Assembly: GCA_910592345.1 (NCBI GenBank)
Contig: CAJVPI010000113.1
Span: 1 to 52,611, forward strand
Length of the DNA stretch: 52,611 nt
Origin: Paraglomus brasilianum
Lineage: Eukaryota
Direction of reading: 5' to 3'
Made by a program: the position numbers and the translations under genes. Each line of letters starts with the position of its first letter. Positions within the stretch are counted from its first letter, which is position 1. Under the pieces are notes generated by a model. The model was not told the origin of the DNA, ran no database searches, and saw only the letters and a program-made list of their open reading frames with translations. Positions 25,801 through 39,712 of the stretch are shown piece after piece.

Positions 25801-27232
25801 ATGGATCATTTAACCCGTCCTCCTCCTACAACGTCTACCTCTGCTAGCTTCCAATTCACTATTAAGAACTTGGCTACTCTGGCTAAACCACTATACAGTC
25901 CTGTGTTCTCCTCTGGCTCGGATCAGCAACTCTGGCAACTCGGAATACGGCCGGTACAATTTTTTATTTGTCGTCTTTAGGCTTGGTTCCAGCTTATTGA
26001 ATACAACTGATACTTACCACAGGCTCAAGACGATAAGGAATATATATCTGTTTATTTATATTTATTACCTAATAATCGTGAACTAAGAAATCTTGAAAGT
26101 TGGAAGATACGTTGTAAGGCAACTTTACAATTGATCGATGAAGAGTGGAGAAGGGAGATCGTGACAGTAGTACTTCGAGAATTCTCCATACGTGCTCCTT
26201 GTAAAGGTAATAACAATTCCCTTCGTCTACACCAAATCATTCTCTCTCTGATTTCTAATAAAGAAACCTTTCCATCACACAGGCTGTTCTCACTTCATAA
26301 AGCGCTCTGAAGTACCCGTTAATAAAGTCCACTTTAAGATCAATTTTGCCAATGTAGATTTTAGCGAAACTGCAGTCAGGTGGAGCGATAATCACTGTCC
26401 GATTCCACAATCTCTTGTCGATTCCTGGTCCGGTGTTCTCAAGAACTCTCGTTTGGCTGATGTCGTGTTCTATGTCAACGGACACGCAATTTTAGCCATG
26501 AAGGACGTAATATGTGGAAGAAGCATATATTTCCGTAATATGTTTGAGAGTGGATGCGTCGAGTCCCGTCGAATCCCTATGGCGGAAACGAAAACTTGGA
26601 AAGATGTCGATGAAGAGAATGAGACTGCGGAAGATATGGTTTTAGAAAATGATCGTATGTCTTTAGGAACGAAGCAGTCAAACGAGACTGGTTTTGGAAA
26701 CAGTCATGGCATCACCACTGCTGCCAAATCTCCGTTATTTAAACGAAATTCACAAATACTCGATGCAAACAGAAGTGATAATACATTTTTATCCGAGGAG
26801 GAACTCGAAGAGGCTTATCCATCCAACTATTACCATGTAGTCAACGTCACAGACTGTGATCCTAAAACTTTCTCCCATTTCCTTCACTATCTCTACACCA
26901 ACGAGATAACTCTCAGGGACGGAACCGAGGCGTCTGATATTAATTCGCTGTTTCTCCTATTCCAAGTTGCTGACAAATACCAAGTGAATGATCTGCGAGG
27001 TAGAATACTTTTGAGGATATACAAAAATCTGTCGGTTGCCAATGTTGCAGAGGTTTTGTTTGCTTCAACTCAGTGGGCCGATTTGAAGCAATTGTGTATG
27101 GATTTTGCTATAAACCATTTTACGGAGGTTAGGGAAACTGATGGATTTAGTAAGGTTACGGAAAATCCATTAGCATATTCTGGGTTCGCTGAAATTGCAA
27201 AGGTTCTCTTCAAATCCATTAAACTTGCTTAA
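25801..27232 (+). CDS. MATH-BTB (SPOP/BPM-like) Cullin-3 substrate adaptor
   Basis: Exon 1 reads SASFQFTIKNL...LYSPVFSS...WQLGIRP and exon 2 EYISVYLYL (MATH). The terminal exon has ADVVFYVNGHAILAMKDVICGRSIYFRNMF, DCDPKTFSHFLHYLYT and ADKYQVNDL (BTB), plus BACK-like LKQLCMDFAINHF. Confidence 0.85.
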
Positions 27233-27256
27233 TGGATGATTACAAGATTATGAGTG

Positions 27257-27364
27257 GTAGTAGTTGTAGTTGTAGTAGTTGTAGTAGTTGTAGTAGTTGT
27301 AGTAGTTGTAGTAGTTGTAGTTGTTGTTGTAGTTGTGGTGGTGGTGGCGGTGGTGGTGGTGGTG
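27257..27364. repeat. Compound microsatellite (GTAGTAGTT)n grading into (GTG)n in the 3' region of the MATH-BTB gene
   Basis: Directly visible. Confidence 0.9.
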
Positions 27365-27568
27365 ATTATATTAGTATGGATGAGTATTAGTATGAGGATT
27401 AGCAAGTTGTAAGAGCAATAGGAATAGACGGTAGTAATGGACTAGTTGTTCACACTAAGTAGCCTTCCAATATCTTCATGGAATAATTATACTATTTGCT
27501 ATAATAACAAAGTTTATTTAGTGCCAAAAAACACTACCATTCGCTTCGTGTTTTGAATTAATGATTTA

Positions 27569-28331
27569 TTAGATACGGGATGGGTACATCATCTGTAAGA
27601 AGCAACGCGTGCGATAATTGAAATTTTGTGTCAGTTGAATTAGCAACAAAATCGACAAAGTTTTAAAAAAAACTATGGAAAGAAATCTTACAATGCGAAC
27701 TGAAGCCCCAAAGGTCTTTGGCGGAAGATTCTTTCTGAATCTTGCTTTCACTACTCCACCATTTCCATGAGGACTAAACAAGACGACAGTGAGTAAGCTT
27801 ACGGACGTAATTAGCAGTAAAGCAACAAGGAATATGACGATTACTACTGCTACTACTACTACAAAAATAATAATGACAAGTACCGGGCTATTCGACCCCA
27901 AATGATACGGATCTTACTTCCATCTTTCTACAAAGAGTAAATGCCGAATCGGAAGTAAGCAACCAAGTCTTCTACAGCTCCAACATCGATTGTACAAATC
28001 TCACCTCTCGCTTGGCTCGGTAAACGTAAGCAATATGTTTACCAAGATAGAATTGTGTTTCTTCTTTAGCAGTCACACCTTCGATCTTGACTAAAGTAGT
28101 ATTTGGCGACTGATTTACTTTGGAGCGCTTGTACCCAAGAACACGTCCTTTAGCGTAAAGACTATAAAAAATAGACATGTATATGCAAGTTTAGTTTTTG
28201 GTTCATTTTTAAGATCATCTATTCATCCATCCAGTCATCCATTTCAATCCTCTGTTCCATGGATGATAAAAATACTGTTTACGTTCCAGAGTCTCTATTC
28301 AGACAAAGCCTTACCGAACAGCCTTCCCCAT
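27569..28331 (-). CDS. RPL35A: 60S ribosomal protein eL33 (L35a), 5 exons
   Basis: Spliced translation [35 protein letters not shown]...[64 protein letters not shown]. Confidence 0.96.
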
Positions 28332-31300
28332 TTTGTAAGATATGTGTGTAAGAAAAGAGAAAGACCAGGCGAAAAGGATGGGCAAATTTTGGTGTCGCGA
28401 GTCAGGTGATCAAAATTTTGCCCGCCAATTAAACCCGTATGAACAGCTCTCCCGCAAATACTGTAAATATATTCGTTCGCGTTGTCAGCTAATCAAAGAG
28501 TAAAACAAACTAAAACACAACAAACAAATGAGCCATCACGGTAAACGTCTATGGTGGTAGGTAGCTATTACAAACATTTGGGATTGATTGCTGTACAGAT
28601 CGCAAAGAACATTACTTAATAGTTAAAGTTTTACTATCATATTACGAGTAACTTTGTCAGACCAATTGATCCAATTGTGAATACTATATATATGCATAGG
28701 AAATAAACCTTATAGTTCTGTTTGATATGATATTGTTATGTAATTATCCGATTCATTCCACTTTATTTTTATCTCGGAGACACAGGCCCAGCCTGCAAGA
28801 GGACAGTCGATGGGCTGCCAGTCATATTCTACGAATCGAAAGTTATCAATATCATTGGCAGCCTGGACTATGTCTTTGTAAACCATGATTTAGAGTACAG
28901 AATAAACATACACTTATGCATCCTTCAATTGATATCAACCCTCTTGGTGCACATGCAGTGTAATGTTAACGACATTGTCGATCCGCTTATCTGCAAATGC
29001 GCTCACAACATCGCAGCGAGACAACCTTCAATTCTCTCGCAAGTTCTTTATCAAAAAAGGGAATAGAATAACGAAAACGAAAGAGTCGACAACAGACATG
29101 TAAAGTCAATAGCCATTTTAACGGAAATTGAGCTAAAATTCAAATATTAATATGTCTGCTCGCATTTGGAAATTCATTCAGCGCCTTATCACTCTATATA
29201 TACATGCATATGTTACAAGAATGAGTTGATTGGCTGATAGACAACTCCAAAAAAGAATATCGTTGTGCGGATTTTATATTACACTGTATGTACAGTATAT
29301 AAACATGTACCCGGAGTGTGACAGTAGATCACGCCAAGTCGAATATCATCTATTGGTAATTAAATTGTTGTTTTTTTGTTCAAGCTTCCTTCACCAGGAT
29401 TGTCGATAGTCTAAATTACTAATATACCTCGTATGCAAAAGGTTTTTTCGTCGACTAAACATTGTCCATACTCTCAACTAAGTCTCGTGAGATACAAGCT
29501 ATTGTTTAACGCTTACCGTCCTTGATAGGTGTTTGTTATGCAGAAATAACGTTCGAAGTTTCCAAAGGTCTTCTACGTACCAACAAACATGAGCTAGTTA
29601 ACAACAGCTAGGCAGCAAATTACTCATTGTGTTATTATTATTTGTATACAAATAGAGTTCAATATTATGTACCCATGTAAACAATGCCAAGTTATAAATA
29701 CCAAAAAACGGAGGTCAGGGTCACAAAATCGAAACCGAATTCTACCCCAATTCTAAGCATGCTAATAACAAACGTAAACCAGTAATGCCAAGAAAAACTT
29801 TCAATAATTAGTATTTTACCTGCCATTATTTATTTTCTGTTCGTTGCCAAATAAAGTGTTAGATATTGGGATTACATAATTAAAAGTTGTGTATGTCAAG
29901 CTGTCTAGTTTGACAAATCTTGTACAAGCGCAAGATACAATCACGACATAATTGTTAGGCGTTATCTATTCTCTTATCATCCTTTCATTGATTTTACAAT
30001 TGATTCTGATTATCTAAACACTTAAAGTAAAGTAACAATTATCTGATGTGCGTACAACTTGGCAAATAAGGATATATTGGCTTCAAGTCTTCTAAATATA
30101 CACTCGTGTACTTCTTCTGAATGCAAATCTGTATAATTGTGACCATTCTCTATGTTTAAAAGAAGCTACAGAGAACATGAAAGTAAAACAGTTGGGAAAA
30201 TTTTGTCAAAGCTCGTAGTTGAAAATAGAGCGACTAAACCTAGTGCATTTATGGTAAACGTATTAATTAATAAAAGAGATAAGGTTTTGCGTCAATAACG
30301 AAATAAGGTACTTGGTACTTTGTATTCGATATATAATAGTAGCGTATTATGAATATCTACACTGTTAACGATATTCTGCCCACGCACAACCTTCGCTTGT
30401 TATGTCTTTACTTGGGTATAGTTTTTATACAATGTAATATGGAATATCTATCTAGCAGAAACGATTTCTTATTCAAAAAAACTTACTGCACCAAAACTAG
30501 GAAGTCTCCGTTACGATTGCTGATCCCAACACCCGAAGTGAGTGGAAACCGCCGGCATATCGATGTTTTGTATAAAGTAAATAATAATAACCTAAATTTT
30601 TGTGTTATAGTCTCACCAATTAAGGTAATATATGTATATCGCATCAATTGCATCACATTTATCATGTAGTAGGTTGCGGTAATACTTTCGGGTCACACAT
30701 GTTAACGAAACAGAAGAGAGAGGAGAGCAAACTTTTACAATCAGGAGGAAAACCGTCAATTTTAACTGGCTAATTTGATGATCGACGATTTGCTGCGAAA
30801 TCCAGCATTAAAACCTTATCTAAACCGTCTAGACAACAGTGCTATTCGGAGAATGTATAAAACACATGTCACTCGGAAACTTACGGTCCAAAAAGGTTAG
30901 CGAGCAAGCTTTCTCCTCTCATCAGACAGATCTTTCTAAAGTAGGAGACATGCAGGTAAGAATCAAAGCAAAGTAATATCGATCTGCATTTGATACAAAT
31001 TTTACTGGCCAATTAATGCGCCTTGGTCTTTTTTGTAAATAAGTAAGTCAATCGGTTGAAACTCATTGGTAGGACCCCGTGAAATTGCTATTTTAATAGC
31101 AACAATATAAACCAGTTACTAAAATAGGCACAAGACCGACATTTTTGTGAATTACGGTAAAAATTGAGCAAAAATGACCAGAATTGATTGTGTTGCTTAT
31201 GAGTTACGTAAATAAGGTCACTTATCGTGTTCTCATTCTGCTAATACCCCTCAAATCGTTCTAATTTCTAGCACTCCGTCCCGGTAAGCGGACGATAGAA

Positions 31301-31762
31301 GCCAAATTTATATTCAACATGCATAACATACAAACAATCGGGCATCAGTAAATACTTGGGGACTCTTATAGGTAAGGATTTTTTTTTTAAAGTCGGCAGC
31401 ATCGATGTTAACCATGGTTTAAAAAGAAGGAGTTATATAAACGTATCTAAGAATCGGACAATTTTATGCGTAGTTAGCACGGATGGCTAGAATACAACAA
31501 CTTGACAATCTTGTTTACATGGGCCAGTTATTTAATAAGCTTTATTGCTTCCTAGAGATAATCCCGTACTCTGTATCGATTCTCAAATATTAATTTTCAT
31601 TCTCGATCTCTTTACTCAACACCGCTAGGTAAAGATCAAAATTTTGTTTACAACATTTACAGTTTATAAGTATTTGAACAGATACGTGCTAACGCAAGCT
31701 TAGATGTCAGCTTTATGTTATATTAAATCTTAATTTCTTAGATTGGGAGATTAATAACAAAG

Positions 31763-31803
31763 AAGAGGTGTCCAAGAGGTGTCCAAGAGGTGTTCAAGAG
31801 GTG
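31763..31803. repeat. 11-bp minisatellite (AAGAGGTGTCC)x~3.7
   Basis: Directly visible. Confidence 0.8.
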
Positions 31804-34800
31804 CGGGGGACGGTAACAGAAGCCTTAAGTTGTTGATATAGTATAAATCTTAAACTATCGGTTTTGCCGTCCCACACGTCCGGTACGAGCGCCGGTTTCT
31901 TTTCGATAACTTTAAAATAAAAGTTTATCAGTATTAGTTTACGCAAAATAATAGTAAGTATTATCACATTTTAACTTTCTACGTACTATACACTCCAAAC
32001 ATAAGTAATTCAGCAATTAACGACAAATTTTTAATAGATTATAATACTATTGAAGAACGAGTAATTCACGGGCTGCGTTATAAACGCCTAATTATAAAAC
32101 AGGTAAATATTTTCCAAGTAAAACACCTTATTATTTAATTACTGTCTAATTGACACACTCTTACTATGCCTCTAGCCAGCTCCTCACTAACCCAAAACCT
32201 ATAGATACATACATATCCCGACAAGCCTTTGTTGTTCGTTTACTATTATTTGTATTATCCTGATGTGCAGCGGCAACCGCCTGCCAGTTTCCATTATTGG
32301 TGGCACCCACATAGCGGGCCATACGTGTAATAAAAGATATATCCTATTTTCAAACAAAAGAATGTCGAAAGAAGGGAGAGAGAAACAGAGACGTTAGCAG
32401 TATATTGAGAAGACGTGCGTACAAATACGCATATGTTTTAAAGGTAAAACAATGCGGGTCAACGAATGTAAACGTGCGTCTCCGTGTATAAACGACCAAC
32501 TTACAGCTCGGCTTAGTCCATTCATGTTTAGAGCAGCAGAAACAAAATAAAAGAGAGGCAAAAACCGTTGTTTATGTGGTAACGGCGGCTTGTACACAGT
32601 TGCTGCTGCACATGACATAAAATGTATCATGTATAGCGGTTTTCGAAGAATCACAAATGGAGTTTACAATATCCATGTGAAACGCGTATAATTGAAATAG
32701 TAAATGATTTAGAAGTTTTTTTTTTTTTTTACTATTTTAAGAGTTGCACAAATAAATTTTTGAACAATACTAACGCCAATCTACTGATTTCTTTTTTAAA
32801 AAACTCTAATTTGTGTAATTGATAATTTAAACCAAATAAGACCATATTATTGCAGTTATTTGCATAGCAGACAACGATCTTATCCAAATAAAAAAAAAGA
32901 ATAAATAACGTTATTGCTTTTGTTTACTACTCTATTTGCATGATAAATTGGGCAATGGATATGTAACGGTTCACTTTTTATTCACATTATTGTAATTCTG
33001 GATGTTATTTAGAGCTCCAAATGAGGCTTATCAGCTAATCTACCAGCTTACTAATTAATTAAACTCCACCAATTGCATAGTAAATATAAGCTAAAATAGC
33101 ATGTTATTCGTGCCAAAGTGTTTCATGACGAGAAAGGCAGACAAAGATTATCAAGAGATGATTTATCATCAAACAATATGCGGTTAACTCTCCTTATAGT
33201 CACCCCCTCTATAAGCACATTATATAAAAAACGGTTTATAAGCACATCATGTTTGAGAATCAATTGCTATTGAACTTGTAGAAAAACCCCTATAGTCACA
33301 ACCTCCGTATAAGCACATTTTCAACAAAGTTGCATTGTTCCCGACTATAAATATATAGGTATATATACAATGACATTAAATATAATTTTAGATAAAATTA
33401 TCCCTCTTCATATTATCGCTATAATAAAAAAGTCAAGGTCCCTGACGTGCCCCGAATAATGATAATCGAATTGCAAACTATAACTGGTGAATGTAATTTC
33501 TCAAATTGGCATGATCTGCAACTCGATTTTGCCTCGCAATCCAGTTGTTGCAAGTATTGGACTTTTTAGACCGCTTCAGACATTCCTTTACAAAACATTG
33601 GATTTTACTTAACGCTCCGACTCTTACTAAAAAAACCGCTAATTTACGAGGAGCAAGTTGTCATGCACACAACCAACGCAAACAAGGAATATTCGAAAGG
33701 ATTACTGAGATATTCAAATAATTGAGTGCAAGCCAGGCAAGACCCCTAAAACGTAATTTCCAAAACGTTGTTATACAACATATTGGCTTGTTGATACAAC
33801 GATAACAGCGGTTTATTTACGAGTGCCATGTAACCATACATGATTATTTTACACACAGAAAACCGATGACTATCGTAGCATCGTACAATTTATTATTTAA
33901 TATGGACGTAGCCTGTTGATAAATAGTCTTCTTCAAACAATTGCTGATAACACAGGAAGTAGATATCATCCTCACACGATTTGTTCTTTATACATGTTCT
34001 GCCAATAAAAAAACACTTGATGTAACACAAGGTATAAATTAGTTAAAATCACACAATTGTATTATCATACGATTTTCGATATGTTGACAAATCAAACAAC
34101 TGCAAAGCAGTTAATAAGTCTTGATTGCTTAACCATAACAGTGTCTCATCATACAGCTTGGTCTTTAATCATGCCATAATTTGTCGACAAATAGTCTTTT
34201 GTCGATTAGAACGTGAAGTGCCATACCCTATTAAGGAAACTGGCAATCACAATAAGTCAATTTATATATATTACGCAATCATATGATTTATTCTTCAATT
34301 ATTGACAGAGTCCATCGCAAAACATGGAGTTGGTATAGACGTTGCAACAGCAGATTATAGGGTCAGTAACAGCAATTATACAGTAATAACCTGTAGTAGA
34401 ACAGACCGGGTTAATAACCTTTTTTAATGAACTGACTAATAAAAGAAGATAATAACATTCTTGTTTACTGGAGAGAAGATGTAATATATTAGCGTTGTAA
34501 TAAACAATTTGGAGAGACACAATTAATAATTTGGCAATGCTATAAGCCGTCCAAAGGTATGGTTATTTTCAGTAGTGAATATGCTCAAAGTTAATCACTG
34601 TCGAAGTATTAATGGTCAGTAATTCTTAATAACAACTTAGCTTTCATACAGTGTTTTATTCTTCGGGACAAAAAATTTGATTACAGGGCTGACAAACTGG
34701 TAATTATTCTTCGCCAGAACAATCTCAAATTTGTTTAAAAGTACCTTTTCTCTAACAATGAGTCTGTTTACCATTACTGACTTCAATAGTTCGCTTTCAA

Positions 34801-35084
34801 TCCTGAATAACAGCGAAGCATTTGAATAAAAGATATGACAATGAAAGCCAGTTTTTTAAAGGAGCAAGGTGGGTTGAAAGAGGAGCGTCTGGAGCTGGTA
34901 GACAGTGAGGTTATGCATAGGTGGGAAAAAAAAGGCGTTAGGAGAGTTGATAAGCATACCAAACCTCGTTATACCGAGTTTGCGTTTTATTGAGTAATCA
35001 TTTCTCCTCCTTTTCCCAATAAATAGATTTTCTCGTTATAACAAATTCTAGTAGTGAATCGCATTATACCGCTGCTAGAGAAAG

Positions 35085-35186
35085 TGACTGCCGGTGAAAT
35101 GGCTGTTAGTAAAATTAACTGTCGGTGAAATGACCTGGAAATGGAATGATTCTATCTGCGAAATGATTATCGATGATATGATTACC
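35085..35186. mobile_element. Degenerate MULE-type subterminal repeat array related to the 13698-13857 element
   Basis: CTGCCGGTGAAATGG, CTGTCGGTGAAATGA and TATCGATGATATGA are variants of the same 15-bp unit. Confidence 0.55.
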
Positions 35187-35440
35187 TCTCGCTTACGTCT
35201 AGCGTAAACCGAGACGCATCACATATTCCTGGAGAAAAAGGCAGTGATTACCGACGGAGACGTCATTCACCCCGTCCTGACTGAAGCATTTAACAACATG
35301 TTGTCGAACGAAGAGACTATTCATTTCTTCTATCCACTTATTTACGACGCCCATTGCTGCGAAATCGGTCCGTTGGGTAAATTTAAGTTTTGTTCGGGAT
35401 TAGACGAAAAGGTTGTACCCGAAACTGCTGGCTTTATAGC

Positions 35441-35545
35441 TGTTGTATCTCAGTGCGGGACCATTTCAGTCTAGAACTCAGTCAGTACTCAGTTGTCTGT
35501 TTCGGCCCAGAATCCAGCCTTCTCAGCCCAGAACTGAGACAATTC
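35441..35545. mobile_element. Left end of a second copy of the TGT-terminated element at 36973
   Basis: TGTTGTATCTCAGTGCGGGACCATTTCAGTCTAGAACTCAG closely matches TGTTGTACCTCAGTTCGGGACCATCTCAGTCCAGAACTCAG at 36973. Confidence 0.65.
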
Positions 35546-36142
35546 CATCAAACTTGCTGCTAGCAGCAGACTTGTAAGTATTTTGTATATACATGCAATT
35601 TGGCACTATATATCTTAGTAACTTACCATCTCAAAAACCGTATTGCAGCCCTCACATTCTTATAGACACGTTCGCATTTGTTAATTGCCGGTAACTAATG
35701 GGATAATCTGTCATAATTATAAGTTGGTATTATTTACAAATAAGTAAAGAAACAGATATTAGTATAGAGTATTAGAGCCCGAATATTAAACATTACCGTT
35801 ACAATACTTATTGAATTATACTGAGGTTTTATTCGCAGTTTTTTTACTACCTTAGCTTAATTAATAATGTAATACCACAGTTTTCTTTGTCGGTTATGCG
35901 CAAACGCTTTTCTTTGTTAATACAAACTTTAATTTATAAATATCACCTGTTTGTCAATCTTTATTTGATAGACATCGCCCTACTATTTAATCACACAAAA
36001 ATTTATTATTAGAAGTCAATACATATTGTGACTGTTGTGTAAAGCAAGAAAATTATGGTACGAGTTTGACTATTAAACCAAAAATAGACTTTAAGAGAAA
36101 TTATTCCTTCCATTGTTCCTTCTCTAAAATAATAAAATTTGA

Positions 36143-36800
36143 TTGACACTTGTCGAATTAGCAGGCCAGAATGTTCGTCGGTGTTGTATCTCATGCTCAG
36201 ACCAGCAGCTTGCACTTTTCGATAAACACTTTGGGCTAAATGAAAATGACAACCCTTGTTCTGTCAGAAGCTACGGACAACTTTTCCAGGACTTAATCGA
36301 TTACAGTGATGAAAATGGGACACAACTTTAGCCACAGTTTATATTAACAGACTTTGAACAAACTGCGATCAATGCTACTCGCGCAAAATTTGGAAATGTC
36401 CAGGGGACGTTCATTTGTTCGACAGTTGTTATCACTCCCCCAATGCTAATGTCCATCCATGATCCAAAAAATTGATTCTTGAAGATGCCGAATGTTGTTG
36501 ATGGTCGGAGGAGCAAAACTCTATCTTCACTAATGATAGAATCTCTAAAGATCCATCTAATGTTCTTGTTAAATGTTTGGGAATATCGAGGTCTTCTAGG
36601 GTTGTGGGTTCCAAAGGAGATTCGGAATTACGAAGTCGGTTAATTGTCACTGGATGGAAGGTATGGGTGTATTTCGGAAGGGCCACTAGTAGTCACAGTT
36701 TGAATTATTCGTGCAGGTAGTTCGCCCGTGTCTTGCGCCCTTCCTTTCAACGCATTAACTGTTTGCAAAACGGTTACTCGGCTTGCTTCCGCATAAGCGC
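36143..36800 (-). pseudogene. Degraded Mutator (MULE) DDE transposase with deletions and an inverted internal segment
   Basis: Minus strand: AEASRVTVLQTVNALKGRAQ..., EPTTLEDLDIPKHLTRTLDG, NNIRHLQESIFWIMDG (first catalytic D) and QNKGCHFHLAQSVYRKVQ (CxxH). Plus strand 36264-36403: YGQLFQDLIDYSDENG..QFILTDFEQTAINA (second catalytic D). Confidence 0.85.
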
Positions 36801-36972
36801 GATAAGTTATAAGCTATAAATTGATTTAAAATAATAAGAAGTCTTTATAGAACGTCTGTACAGGTTGTCTAAGTTTTGTGAAATTGGCTAGATCGTATCA
36901 AATTAAATCAACGACATTATTTCCTTTGTTTCTAATCACTTCTACGATTCCATGGTATTCTTAGCTTGTCCC

Positions 36973-37447
36973 TGTTGTACCTCAGTTCGGGACCATCTCA
37001 GTCCAGAACTCAGACATTTCAGTTTTCTGAACTTATTTGATAGATTAAATAAATTCAGCGTCTGATCAGAAGATGAGGTTTTGCTTGTACCATTAGCAGA
37101 CTAGATTCGACATTTTAAGTTTGTTATCAGGCAATAACTGTTTTTGCTTTTAGCTAATTATTAAAACTGCGGTCGATTAAAATTCCTAATCCTCGTTTCA
37201 GGTATGCATGCGCGCGTAATGAAAATCTTCAAAGATATGTATACTAACAAGAATAAGAACTTTCGAGTATACACTAAGACGGAATAAAGGTTTGTTTTTT
37301 TAAAATCGTGTTTGTTGTTAGCTATTGAATAAGTATTTTTTGTTAACCGTGAGATTAAAATGTCGAATGTTTTTATATGTTGTGTCTGAGTTGGGACTGT
37401 CTCAGTTTGGAACCCAGTCAGTTCAGGTCCCCAACTGAGGTACAACA
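36973..37447. mobile_element. 475-bp non-autonomous TIR element with TGT...ACA termini
   Basis: TGTTGTACCTCAGTTCGGGACC ... GGTCCCCAACTGAGGTACAACA (21/22 match), with subterminal CTCAGT repeats. No clear TSD. Confidence 0.8.
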
Positions 37448-39571
37448 CTCACAATAAAGTCTCCTGACAAAATTTTTGGTTTTCACTATCGACCCACATT
37501 AACGGTCATTTATACTTTAACTTTTCGCTCACTTTCGATTTACCCACCGAATATGCCTGTCAAGTTTTAATTTTGATATGTTGTTCGAGGTAGACTAAGT
37601 GTTCTTATTTCTTCAAACAATTAATGATTAGATGGTATGAAACGTTGATTGTCATCGAAGACACTCAAATTAAGTCCGCTGTTCTATTCTACTTAACAAA
37701 TTCACGTCTGGTTAGAATACGCTTTGTACTACCCCCAATTGAGCCTGTACTAATATGTTGAAACTGTTGCATGCCCCAGCCTCCGGAGATAAGATTTCGT
37801 CATACTTAATATTGAAAAGTTTTTCCGAGTTGCTAATATACGTGTATTATAAAACAAACCAACTTCTTATTTTTAGCGTTCAATGTTTATTGCCAAGAGA
37901 CATTCTAAAAATTTAGCTTCGAGATGAGATAATAAATGGAATGTGTAACAAAGGCTAAAACTTTAATATAATAATAAATTATAAAGATGTTTAGATTTCT
38001 GGGAATCAGTTTGGAGTTTTGCGTTCTTTATTTGTTTACACCTACGATTGAACGCTAAAGGTGTAGGAATCAGTTTAGAACATGGTAATACAAACAACAC
38101 TATTCATCGCCATGTGAAAAAATAACAAGTAAATTACAAAATAATATCAATATCATCTAAACGAAAAAATTATACTCACTGTATCAAGTAAAGTTTTTCA
38201 CCTAACGCTATAGTAATAGCTCTGGACATTTTAGGTTGTGTTTGATTCACAAAAATTCCTCCCCTTAACTTTGCGCACAACGAGATTGAGATTAAGTAGC
38301 ATGGAAGAAGAAAAGAAGATGTAAGAACAGATCAAGGTTACAGAAAGCTTATTGCTACAGCAGCACACATATAGATAATACTGTAACATACACAAAAGGG
38401 GTTTGTTGTCGTTATCTTTTATTTATGTCTCTTTATGGTACACTTCAATCATCCGTTTGAATAAACACTTGATGAGATTCGTACGTTTATCGTCACCTTA
38501 TACGGTAGTGTTTCTAACCGCTTTTCTCGGTGGAAGGTGATGAAGTGATTTTAATAGATAACCATGATTTTGTTTCTACTACTTGGATTAAATAGGGAGC
38601 TAACCAAATAAGGAATGACATATGGACAGGGGAATATGAGACTACGTCAAATGGCGATATTATGGTTGCAAGTCTTACACCGATTAGACAATAGTAAATA
38701 ACTATTGTTTGCGCACATTTGTTTATACTGTTTTGGTAATATGGGACAAATATGAAATGGCAAGTCTTATTTCACATCGTATGCACCATATACGTCAATT
38801 CGTAGCGACCAGTCATGTAGTGCCAAGTTTGAAACAAACTTTTTGAAACATGTATGGACTAATGTCTGCATGACACATGGCAGTAATTTACAATATTTGC
38901 TGTACTGGGTTGTGTAATTACGCTAGTCTTACACGATAACCGCTCGTAGGAAATCTTTTTTATTCTAGATGATAAAGAAGGTAAATTTTCTAGGAGAAAT
39001 TGCCTATTTATTATACTTTGTTATTGACTACAATTGTGTAGGTAGATACATATTAACGCATGCTTAAATCTTAGACTTATGGTATATTAAACTCATGTAA
39101 TCTTAGTTGGGAGACATAAACAGTTATTATTATATTCTATAATTTCAATAACAAGTTGTTTTTATCCAGCTTCTTCTTGGGAAGAAAAAAAAGATTGTCG
39201 AGGGTATTGCCAATAAAATCTTTTTTTTTGTGCCCGTGGCCAATGGCTGGAGTAGGAGCTCATGTATTATGATTATAGTAAGCAGCAATCGGCGGGAAAT
39301 AGTCTGATATTAACGATTTCATTGTCTTCCGACGCGACCAACGTATCTGCCTGTTAATTTGTCATGACTTGAAAAATTTGAGAAAATTAGTGATTACTTG
39401 TGCGAAACATGCTATTATATACGCTTCAACACCATATAAGATGGGTATTTAACGAATCATTTGGACGCCGCTTAAGCTCTCATTGATAATATGCGGCAAT
39501 TTGATTATCATATTTGTCACTAACTTGGGGTTTTTTATAAATATCAAACTTTTCTTGTTTGTACGTACATG

Positions 39572-39712
39572 CCTTTCCACATTCTTGGAGTTTTTCTCAC
39601 TCCAATTCTTTTATATATTTCGTCGGCGATCAAACGCCAGTTATTATTGTATAGATTTGCAAATCCCAGGACTGATTGAGCCTCCTGATGAAGAAAGTCA
39701 ATAGTATTGTAC
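39572..39712 (-). pseudogene. Myb/SANT-like domain fragment
   Basis: QEAQSVLGFANLYNNNWRLIADEIYKRIGVRKTPRMW resembles the Myb E..L....YG.NW..IA...RT pattern. No intact gene model was found around it. Confidence 0.4.

Noticed and set aside
28529..29070. Possible small gene divergent from RPL35A
   Set aside because: I could not build a consistent spliced frame or recognise a domain.
30349..30960. 106-aa ORF and nearby exon-like fragments
   Set aside because: No motif is recognisable and the neighbouring frames have stops.
33179..33330. Pogo/Tc1-like left end with TATAAGCACA subrepeats
   Set aside because: No matching right TIR was found, so the element cannot be delimited.
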